Source: an uncultured delta proteobacterium (lineage in GTDB: Bacteria; Myxococcota_A; UBA9160). Taken from it: a DNA stretch of 64,000 bases. The stretch covers positions 2,814,933 through 2,878,932 of the forward strand of contig CAVZDA010000009.1 of the NCBI GenBank assembly GCA_963773895.1, given 5' to 3'. Position numbers and translations under genes: made by a program. Of the stretch, positions 10,708-18,507 are shown in pieces (position 1 is the first letter of the stretch; every line of letters begins with the position of its first letter). The notes beneath the pieces are model-generated. The model had not been told where the DNA came from. It saw only the letters and a list, made by a program, of their open reading frames with translations, and searched no databases.

Positions 10708-11442
10708 ATGCGGGGAATGCAATTGCGGCGGAGCGGCTCGATCGTTGCTGCGGCGCTCGTGCTGGGGGTCGCGGGGTGCGCGCCCACGTCGGTGGCGCCC
10801 ACCTACGAGCGGGTCGGCCCGATGCGCCGCCCGGAACGCATCCTGGTGTACGAGTTCGCGGTCGCTCCGGACGAGGTGCACCTCGAAAAGGGGCTCTCGG
10901 CGGAGGTGATCCAGGCGGTGCAGGGGACGCCGCGCTCGGTGGAGGAGCGCGAGATCGGCCGGACCGCGGCGCGCGCGCTCGCCGACGAGCTGGTGTCGAA
11001 GATCCAGGCGATGGGGATCCCGGCGGAGCACGCCTACGGCGCGCCCCTGCGATGGTCCCGCGCCGTCGTCATCGAAGGGCAGTTCCTGTCCATCGACCAG
11101 GGCAACCGGACGGAGCGCGTGGTGATCGGGCTCGGGCTGGGGCGCAGCGACGTCAAGACCGACGTGCAGGTCTACGCCACGACGTACGAAGGGCTGGAGC
11201 GGCTCGCGGACTTCGAGACGACGGCGTACAGCGGCTACAAGCCCGGCATGGCCGAGACGATGGGCGCGGGCGCCGCGGCGGGGCACCTCGCCGTGTCGGC
11301 GGCGGTGAGCACCGTTGGCGCGGTGGCCTCGGAGGCGTTGAGCGACACCGTGAAGGCCGACGCCGAGCGCACCGCGAGCGGGATCGCGAAGAAGCTCCAG
11401 GCGTACTTCGCGGAGCAGGGCTGGGTCCCGCCGGAGGAATAG
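10708..11442 (+). CDS. Lipoprotein, hypothetical
   Basis: Signal peptide plus lipobox (VLGVAGC). Confidence 0.45.
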   Translation: MRGMQLRRSGSIVAAALVLGVAGCAPTSVAPTYERVGPMRRPERILVYEFAVAPDEVHLEKGLSAEVIQAVQGTPRSVEEREIGRTAARALADELVSKIQAMGIPAEHAYGAPLRWSRAVVIEGQFLSIDQGNRTERVVIGLGLGRSDVKTDVQVYATTYEGLERLADFETTAYSGYKPGMAETMGAGAAAGHLAVSAAVSTVGAVASEALSDTVKADAERTASGIAKKLQAYFAEQGWVPPEE

Positions 11443-11444
11443 CG

Positions 11445-11918
11445 GTGAGCCCGCGCCGGGTCGCGCTCGCGCTCGTTCTCGCGGTCGCGTTGCCCGGGTG
11501 CGCCACCGGGTCGGCCTATCCGCAGCTCGCGTCGAGCTGGCCGCCGCTCGGACCCGGCCAGGCGCGGATCGTGCTCTACATGACCACCTACTCCGAGCTC
11601 CCGACCTACCGGCCGGTGCCCACGCTCGACGGCGCCGCCGCGGGAACGCTGCACGCCGGCACGTTCCTCGCGTTCGAGCGGCAGGCCGGGCCGCACACGA
11701 TCGGGATCCAGCCGGATCCCGATCTCACGGCCTTCGGCAACGAGGCGTCGACGCCGCCGCTCACGCTGACACTCGGCTCCGGCGCGACGGCCTACGTGCA
11801 GGTGAGCGCGCTCGCGGTCGGCTCGCAGGTGAGCGTCACGCTCACCCCGGAGGACGCGGCCACCGGCCTTCGCGACCTCTCGACGCTCACCGCGGCAGCG
11901 CCACGACCCCCGGACTGA
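11445..11918 (+). CDS. Lipoprotein, hypothetical
   Basis: A GTG start is followed by a lipobox (VALPGCATG). The ORF is in frame inside a longer spurious ORF. Confidence 0.4.
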   Translation: MSPRRVALALVLAVALPGCATGSAYPQLASSWPPLGPGQARIVLYMTTYSELPTYRPVPTLDGAAAGTLHAGTFLAFERQAGPHTIGIQPDPDLTAFGNEASTPPLTLTLGSGATAYVQVSALAVGSQVSVTLTPEDAATGLRDLSTLTAAAPRPPD

Positions 11919-13155
11919 GGGGCCGCCGGGATCGACGCAGGGAAGAGCTCGCCCGCTGCGAGCCGTCGCCGCGCAGGAAGGCCTCGAGCTCGTCGATCCG
12001 CTCGTTCGCGTCGCGCCAGCCGATGTCGACGAGCGCGCGCGTGTAGGCCCCGTCGAAGAGCAGGTAGCTCATCAGGTCGGCGCTCTGCGCATCGGGCGTA
12101 CCGAGCCCGTCGAGCACGTAGCGCACGACCCGCGGCATCCGGTGGGCGAAACGCTGCGCCACCATCGCGAGGTCCTCCGACGGGTTCACGACGAGCGGCG
12201 TCACCACGCGCATCGGCTCCTGCACGCTGGCGCCGCGCGCTTCCGCCGCGTCGGCGTGCGCGGCCACGAGCTCGTTCATGCGGCGCAGGTGCTCGAGGTC
12301 GGCGTCGAGGTGATCCAGGAAGATGGCATTCATGAACACGCCGCAGATCTGGGCGAGGGGCGGCGAGGGGAGGCGCGGGCCCTCGGGGCGAGCCTCCGCC
12401 GACGCGCCCGCCTCCTCCCGGGCCAGCGCGCTGGCCGCGCGCGTCGAGCGGATGCCGACGGCGAAGAGGCGCGTCGCGCCGAGCCGGATCGCGGGGCTGC
12501 ACGGCGCGACGAGGCGGAGGCCGCCGTCGCCGAACCAGAGATCGCCCGCGTCCGAGGCGACACGCACCGGCGGGAACACGATCGGAATCGACGAGGACGC
12601 GAGCACGTGCTCCGCAGTGAGTGTCACCGGGAGCACGAGACGCCGGCTCTTGGTCCAGACGGGATGGTCGGAGCGGCCCTGAACGAAGGTGAACGAGCGT
12701 CCCGAGTGATAGCTCGTGGCCGACACCGCCACGGCGTAGACGTGTCCGCGCCGGATCGACTCCGCGATGCCGCCGGGGGGGAAGACGCGCGCCACCAGCG
12801 CGTGCAGCGGCGAGGCGTCGAAGATCGAGCTCGTGACCGTGCGGCCGAGGAGGCCGCCCAGCGTGAAGTCGCGCGCCAGTCCCGCGGCGCCCCGCGCGAG
12901 CGACAGGAGGTCGCTGCGGATCACGTGCTCGACCGACAGCTCCGACCAGATCCGCGCGATCTCGCGCGTCGCCGCGCCGAACTGCTGGCCGTGCGCCGCG
13001 ACGAGGGTCCCGTTGATCGCGCCGGCCGACGCCCCCGCGACGATCTGGAAGGGGAGCGGTGCGTCGCGCAGCGCGGGCGCCTCGCCGAGGCGCTTCAGCA
13101 CCCCGGCCTGATAGGCGCCCCGCGCGCCACCGGCGGTGAGGACGAGTCCCAGCAC
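11887..13155 (-). CDS. Patatin-like phospholipase
   Basis: It has the glycine-rich oxyanion motif (LVLTAGGARGAYQAGVL) and a GxSxG serine (VAGASAGAING). Confidence 0.8.
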   Translation of the reverse strand: MLGLVLTAGGARGAYQAGVLKRLGEAPALRDAPLPFQIVAGASAGAINGTLVAAHGQQFGAATREIARIWSELSVEHVIRSDLLSLARGAAGLARDFTLGGLLGRTVTSSIFDASPLHALVARVFPPGGIAESIRRGHVYAVAVSATSYHSGRSFTFVQGRSDHPVWTKSRRLVLPVTLTAEHVLASSSIPIVFPPVRVASDAGDLWFGDGGLRLVAPCSPAIRLGATRLFAVGIRSTRAASALAREEAGASAEARPEGPRLPSPPLAQICGVFMNAIFLDHLDADLEHLRRMNELVAAHADAAEARGASVQEPMRVVTPLVVNPSEDLAMVAQRFAHRMPRVVRYVLDGLGTPDAQSADLMSYLLFDGAYTRALVDIGWRDANERIDELEAFLRGDGSQRASSSLRRSRRPLSPGVVALPR

Positions 13156-13446
13156 GGTCCTCGTTCACAGCAACTGCGGTGCCAGCGGCGCCGCCGGGCA
13201 GGCGGCGGCTCAGCTCGGCCCGCATCCGCCCGGATCGCCCGCGTCCTGCCGCCGCCGTCGGCAGCTCGTGCCCCACCGGCGGGCAGCGCGCACGCGGACG
13301 AGCGGGAGGTGAAGGCGACGGCCTCGAAGATCGCGGAGAAGGTCGCGGCGCGCGGGGAGGTGAGCGGCGGCCGGCCCCGTGTCGCTGGAGCGGACCCGCG
13401 TGGGCTGGTAGAGTGAACCCCTCGCGCCCACGAGGAGAAAAGCCGC

Positions 13447-14127
13447 ATGTCACTCGTCCTGCTCGGGGGCAGCGTGTCCCCCTTCGTCCGCAAGGTCCGC
13501 ATCGTCCTGGCAGAGAAGGGCATCGAGCACCAGCACGAACAGGTGAACCCGTTCGCCCCGCCCCCCGGTTATCGCGAGATCTCCCCGCTCGGTCGGATCC
13601 CCGCCCTGAAGGACGGCGATCGCACGCTGCCGGACTCGTCGGTGATCTGCGCATACCTCGAGAAGAAGCACCCGAAGCCCGCGCTCTATCCGTCGGATCC
13701 CTACGACTACGCCCGCGCCCTCTGGATCGAGGAGTTCATGGACGGCGGCGTGGTTCCCATCGTGGGGCCGAAGGTGTTCTTCCCGCTGGTCCTGAAGCCG
13801 CTCTTCTCGGGCGGCCAGGCGCCCGACGCCGCGACCGAGGCCGCGGCGAAGAAGTGCTGGGACGAGGAGGCGGCGCCGCTGATCGCCTATCTCGAGAAGG
13901 AGCTCGGCGATCGGGAGTGGTTCGTCGGCGACGGGATGACGATCGCGGACATCACCGTCGGCAGCATGTTCGTGAACCCGCGCCATGCGGGCTTTGCGCC
14001 CGAGCGCAAGCGGTTCCCGAAGCTGCGCGCGTTCCTCGATCGCATGTGGTCGCGTCCGTCGTACAAGAAGGTGATCGAGGAGGAGACGCCGATCTTCGGC
14101 AAGCGCGCCGCGAACATCACGGACTAG
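13447..14127 (+). CDS. Glutathione S-transferase
   Basis: The N-terminal thioredoxin-like GST domain (SPFVRKVRIVLAEKGI...GRIPAL) is followed by a C-terminal helical domain. Confidence 0.8.
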   Translation: MSLVLLGGSVSPFVRKVRIVLAEKGIEHQHEQVNPFAPPPGYREISPLGRIPALKDGDRTLPDSSVICAYLEKKHPKPALYPSDPYDYARALWIEEFMDGGVVPIVGPKVFFPLVLKPLFSGGQAPDAATEAAAKKCWDEEAAPLIAYLEKELGDREWFVGDGMTIADITVGSMFVNPRHAGFAPERKRFPKLRAFLDRMWSRPSYKKVIEEETPIFGKRAANITD

Positions 14128-14166
14128 GACCGCCCCGAGCCGACGGCTCTCGGCGAACCTCTGCGC

Positions 14167-15744
14167 GTGGAGCAGCTCCTTCCGACGGTGATCGGAGTGC
14201 TGGGCGTCATCGCGCTGACCTCGCTCCTCGCGCAGAGGATCGCGATCCCGGCGCCCGTGCTGCTCGCCGTCGCCGGGATGGCCTGGTCGCTGGTTCCGTC
14301 CGTTCCGGCGCCGCGGCTCGAGCCCGCGCTGATCCTCTCGGTGTTCCTTCCGCCGCTGCTCTACGCCGACGCCTGGGAAGCCTCGTGGCTCGACTTCCGG
14401 CGCTGGCTGCGGCCGATCCTCCAGCTCGCGATCGGGCTCGTGGCGTTCACAATAGTCGTGGTCGGGGCGGTGGCGCACTGGGCGATCCCGACCCTCCCGT
14501 GGGCCGCGTGCTTCCTGCTGGGTGCGATCGTCTCGCCGACCGACACCGTTGCGGTTCAGGCCGTGCTCGAGCGCCTGCGCATTCCCCGGCGTACGACGGC
14601 GATCCTCGGCGGCGAGAGCCTGGTGAACGACGCCACGGGGCTGCTCGGCACCGGGCTCGCGACGGTGGTGGTGCTGACGGGCGTGTTCGAGGCCGGCGCA
14701 GTCGGGCTCAGCTTCGTGCGGATCGTCGGCGCGGGTGTGGCGATCGGCGCTGGGGTCGGCTGGACCGCAGCGACGCTCAACTCCTACCTCCGCGGAACGC
14801 AGGTGCTCTTCGCGTTCTCGCTGGTTGCGCCGTACGTCGCCTACTTCCTGGCCGAGCACGCCGGCGCCTCGGGCGTGCTCGCGGTGGTGATCGCCGGCTT
14901 CGTCGCCTCGTGGCGCCTCACGAACATCGCGCCCGAGAGCCGGGTCGAGCTGTACTCCGCGTGGGACCAGCTTTCGTTCCTGCTCAACGCGGTCATGTTC
15001 CTGTTCGTCGGTCTGGAGACGCCGCCCCGCCTCCAGCAGGCGCTCGCAACCGTGCCCGGGATCGTCGGCATCGCGCTCCTCGTCAGCGCGGCCGTGATCG
15101 GGGCGCGCGTCGTCTGGATCTTCCCCTTCGCCTACGCGCCGCTCTGGCTCTCGCGACGCCTGCGCGAGCACGAGGGCGGCTATCCCGACCTCCGCTCCGT
15201 GATCCTCGGGGCCTGGTGCGGCGTCCGCGGCGCGGTCTCGCTCGCTGCCGCGCTGTCCGTGCCGATGCTGCTCGACGACGGGAAGCCGTTTCCCGGGCGC
15301 GCCGAGATCGTCGCCTGCACCCTGGTCGTCATCCTCGTGACGCTGATCGGCCAGGGCGTGACGCTCCTTCCGCTCGTGCGCCGTCTCGGCCTCTCGGACG
15401 CGGACCCGAGCGACACGGAAGTGCTGAGCGCGCGCGAGGCGATGCTCCGCGCCGGCATCGCGCGGCTCGACGCGTTCTGCTCGGAGGAGAGCTGCCCGAT
15501 CGCCGTCTACCGGCTGCGCGACGCGATGTCGGACCACCTCGCCTCGCTCCAGTCCGAGGACGCCACGCTTCGCTCCGAAGCGCTCCAGCGGCTGACGGTC
15601 GACGCCGACGTGCGGCGCGCGGTCTACCAGGCGAAGACCGACGCACTGCTGGCGCTGCGCGACCGGAGCGTGGTCAACGACCGGGTCTACCAGGAGCTCC
15701 AGCTCGAGCTCGACCGCGCGAACGCGGACCTGCGCGGGAGCTGA
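14167..15744 (+). CDS. Na+/H+ antiporter (CPA1/NhaP family)
   Basis: There are multiple TM helices. The CPA1 signature TDTVAVQAVLERL...GESLVNDATG is present. The start is GTG. Confidence 0.8.
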   Translation: MEQLLPTVIGVLGVIALTSLLAQRIAIPAPVLLAVAGMAWSLVPSVPAPRLEPALILSVFLPPLLYADAWEASWLDFRRWLRPILQLAIGLVAFTIVVVGAVAHWAIPTLPWAACFLLGAIVSPTDTVAVQAVLERLRIPRRTTAILGGESLVNDATGLLGTGLATVVVLTGVFEAGAVGLSFVRIVGAGVAIGAGVGWTAATLNSYLRGTQVLFAFSLVAPYVAYFLAEHAGASGVLAVVIAGFVASWRLTNIAPESRVELYSAWDQLSFLLNAVMFLFVGLETPPRLQQALATVPGIVGIALLVSAAVIGARVVWIFPFAYAPLWLSRRLREHEGGYPDLRSVILGAWCGVRGAVSLAAALSVPMLLDDGKPFPGRAEIVACTLVVILVTLIGQGVTLLPLVRRLGLSDADPSDTEVLSAREAMLRAGIARLDAFCSEESCPIAVYRLRDAMSDHLASLQSEDATLRSEALQRLTVDADVRRAVYQAKTDALLALRDRSVVNDRVYQELQLELDRANADLRGS

Positions 15745-15779
15745 TCTTCGAGCCGGGCGCGCTGCGACTTTGCGTTAGG

Positions 15780-16655
15780 ATGGACGCGATGACCGATCCC
15801 GATGCCGCGCGGTCGTTCCTCCAGGGCGAGGTCGAAGGCCTCGAGCCCTTCGAATTCCTCGGGGTCGTCCCGGCCGGGAACCCGCTCCACGTGGTGGAGG
15901 TGACGCGGCGGGAGGACGGGGGTCTCGAAGTGCGCGTGCCCGGCCGACCGCGGCCGGTGCCCGAGCTTCCGGTCCCGGTCCGCAGCGCCCTGCGGGAGCA
16001 GGGGTTCGCGTCCGCAGAGCCGGGCGATCGCACCATCCCCTGGGTGCATGCCGTCGCCGATGCCGCGACCGCAGTAGGGCTCGTGCAGCGCGTTCTCACC
16101 GAAGTCTTCGGCGAGAAGCCGAACGTCGTCCTCGACATCGGACATGGGAGCCACAAGGCCGAGCACGAGACGCAGCAGAAGCTCGCTGCAGCGCGTGAGC
16201 GCGTCGAGAGCGTCTTGAAGGAGATGCTCGGGCGACGCGCGGACCAGGACCCCGACGGCGACTTCGTGCTCCAGGTCGACAACGTGCACGTCATGATCGC
16301 TCCGCGTGCGGGCACCGTCGGGCCGGTGATCGTGCGCGTGTTCGCCGTCACCAACGTCGGCGTGACGGTGACCCCCGAGCTCGGGCTCTTCCTCGCGCGC
16401 CTCAACTTCGGGCTGATGTTCGGGCGCTTCACGTTGGACGCCGAGCACCGCTCGATCTGGTTCGACGAGACCCTGCTCGGCGACCAGTTCAGCGACGAGC
16501 TCCTCCGCTTCACCATCCGGGTGGTCGCCGCCACGGCCGACCAGTGGGACGATCGCCTGAAGCAGATGTTCGGCGGCGCCACGTACGAAGAGGTGCTGAA
16601 GGACACGCCCCACGAGGTACCGCGCATCAAGCCCGGTGAAGGGGGCTATCTCTAG
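15780..16655 (+). CDS. YbjN-like (T3SS-chaperone-like fold) domain protein, hypothetical
   Basis: The ATG is in frame within a spurious giant ORF. The composition is protein-like, with two repeated alpha/beta modules. Confidence 0.4.
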   Translation: MDAMTDPDAARSFLQGEVEGLEPFEFLGVVPAGNPLHVVEVTRREDGGLEVRVPGRPRPVPELPVPVRSALREQGFASAEPGDRTIPWVHAVADAATAVGLVQRVLTEVFGEKPNVVLDIGHGSHKAEHETQQKLAAARERVESVLKEMLGRRADQDPDGDFVLQVDNVHVMIAPRAGTVGPVIVRVFAVTNVGVTVTPELGLFLARLNFGLMFGRFTLDAEHRSIWFDETLLGDQFSDELLRFTIRVVAATADQWDDRLKQMFGGATYEEVLKDTPHEVPRIKPGEGGYL

Positions 16656-16695
16656 ACGGTCCGACCGGCGCAGAGCGCATCACCGTCGCACGTCA

Positions 16696-17805
16696 TCATC
16701 CGCCGAGCTGCATGAGCCACGCCGGGCGCACCGCGAGCAGGACGCCGAGCACGATCAGGAGCGCGCCCGAGACCGCGTCCAGCCAGCGCCCCTGGCGCTC
16801 CTGTATCCGGTGCCGGCCGAGGGTCACCACCGCGACCGCCAGCACCGTGACGTCGTCGAAGACGTACGCCGCATCGTAGAGGGCGAGATACCCGTAGTAG
16901 CGCCACGGCGGAAGCGCGTGCAGCGTGAGCACGCGCGTGTAGAGCGCGGGGAGCCCCGCGGTGCAGAGGAGCTCGACGGCGTTCACCAGGAAGGCCAACA
17001 CGGACACGGCAGCGAGCGCGGCTCCGAGGTTCTCGGCTTGGAGCACCCGACGCACTTGCGCGTAGATCCCCGGCTTCACCGATTCGGGGATGTGCAGCGA
17101 AGGACCACCTCCCGGTGCAAGCGCGTCCTTCAGGTGCACCGCCCCCATCCCCGCCGCGGCCACGCCGAGCCCCACTTGCACGACGCGCGCCAGGCCCACC
17201 CAGACGAAGAGGTTGAACCAGGCGGCGAGGAAGGCGAAGTAGACGAGGCCGCTCATGGCGACGAAGGTGCCGCCCACGAGAAGCATGCGGCCTCGGCTGC
17301 GCAGGTGGACGAGCAGCGAGAGCAGGAAGAGCAGCACCCACATCGCGCAGGGGTTGAAGCCGTCGAGCAGTCCCACGACCACGGTGAAGAGCGGGAGGCC
17401 GAGGTCGCTCGCCCGCAGGTGTCCCAGGAGCGGCGCTTCGATCACGTCCTCGGGCAGCGGGGGCGCCCCGCCGAAGAGCAGCGCCTCGACCTCGCGGCCG
17501 GTCGTCTCTGCGCTGCGGAAGCCGACCACGAGCTGGCCGCGCACGAAGAACGCAGGGACGGCGGGCTGCACGCGCATCGCTCCGGCGAGCGCGCGCAGTC
17601 GCGCGAGCGCGTCGGGATCGGCGGCGACGTCGCGCCTTTCGATGCGCAGCTCCGGATGCCGCACTGCGAGCGCGTCGAGGAAGGCCTCGGCCCGCTCGCA
17701 GTGCGGACAGCCAGCCCGGCCGAAGACCTCGAGCGGGACGGTCTCCGCGGCCGTCGCTCCGAAGGCGGTAAGCAACGCGCCGAGAACCAGCAGCGCGCGC
17801 GACAA
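16696..17805 (-). CDS. Thioredoxin/glutaredoxin-fold protein (CPHC) fused to a CcdA/DsbD-like polytopic membrane domain
   Basis: A signal peptide precedes a GCPHCERAEAFL redox motif. The membrane domain contains GFNPCAMWVLLFLLSLL. Confidence 0.5.
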   Translation of the reverse strand: MSRALLVLGALLTAFGATAAETVPLEVFGRAGCPHCERAEAFLDALAVRHPELRIERRDVAADPDALARLRALAGAMRVQPAVPAFFVRGQLVVGFRSAETTGREVEALLFGGAPPLPEDVIEAPLLGHLRASDLGLPLFTVVVGLLDGFNPCAMWVLLFLLSLLVHLRSRGRMLLVGGTFVAMSGLVYFAFLAAWFNLFVWVGLARVVQVGLGVAAAGMGAVHLKDALAPGGGPSLHIPESVKPGIYAQVRRVLQAENLGAALAAVSVLAFLVNAVELLCTAGLPALYTRVLTLHALPPWRYYGYLALYDAAYVFDDVTVLAVAVVTLGRHRIQERQGRWLDAVSGALLIVLGVLLAVRPAWLMQLGG

Positions 17806-17816
17806 CGGCGAGCGGG

Positions 17817-18299
17817 CTAGAGCCGGATCGGCTGCTTCTCGAGCAGTGCGATCAGGTCGAACGCCGAGACGATTCCGACGAGCCGGCCGTCCTCCGCGAC
17901 GAGCACCCGGTGGATGGAGTGGTCGCGCAGCGTCCGCGCGATCTCGGAGACCGGCGTGTCCAGACCGACCGTGAGCGCCCCTTCGGTCATCACCTCGCGC
18001 ACCGTCCGCGTCGCGAGGCGGTCCTGGAAGTCCTCCGGGCCGCTTGCCCAGTCGGGGCCCGAGAACTCCGAGAGGTCACGGTAGTAGTGCGACTCGGAGA
18101 GCACCGTGTCGTGCTCCTCGGAGACCGCGCGCAGCAGGTCGCGGCTCGACACGACCCCGAGCACCCGGCCGTCGCCATCGACCACGGGCGCTCCCTGGAT
18201 CTCCTCCTCGACGAAGAGACGGTACGCATCGACGAGCGACGCATCCGCGAGAACGGTGATGACGTGGCTCTGCATGACGTCGCGGGCTCGGGTAGGCAT
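17817..18299 (-). CDS. CBS-pair domain protein
   Basis: An ATG follows an AGGAGG RBS. Two CBS motifs are present (VMQSHVITV...GAPVVDGDGRVLGVVSSRDL and VMTEGALTV...RVLVAEDGRLVGIVSAFDL). Confidence 0.75.
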   Translation of the reverse strand: MPTRARDVMQSHVITVLADASLVDAYRLFVEEEIQGAPVVDGDGRVLGVVSSRDLLRAVSEEHDTVLSESHYYRDLSEFSGPDWASGPEDFQDRLATRTVREVMTEGALTVGLDTPVSEIARTLRDHSIHRVLVAEDGRLVGIVSAFDLIALLEKQPIRL

Positions 18300-18507
18300 G
18301 GGGATTCCTCCTGTCCCAGGAGGGTGCACGCACCGTGCCAGGCGGGGGCGGATCGCACGCCGGGCCGCCGCCCGGGTGTGGCGCAAGGGGACACGTCGCG
18401 AGCCCGGCCGCGTCAATCCGTCCCAGCCATCCTCCACGCCCGAGGGGATGGCTCGCGCATTCCACGACCGGGGCACGCGTGGCGTCCGCGGGAGTAGAGT
18501 CGCCTCG

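Noticed and set aside
13179-16655. A 1158-aa ORF and similar giant ORFs (26507..31006, 18076..20886, 13450..15537, 31577..34435 taken as one unit)
   Set aside because: Their translations are Arg/Ala/Gly/Pro-rich low-complexity sequence. They are antisense or off-frame relative to well-supported genes. Such ORFs are expected in 72% GC DNA. Only the in-frame segments with real homology were kept.
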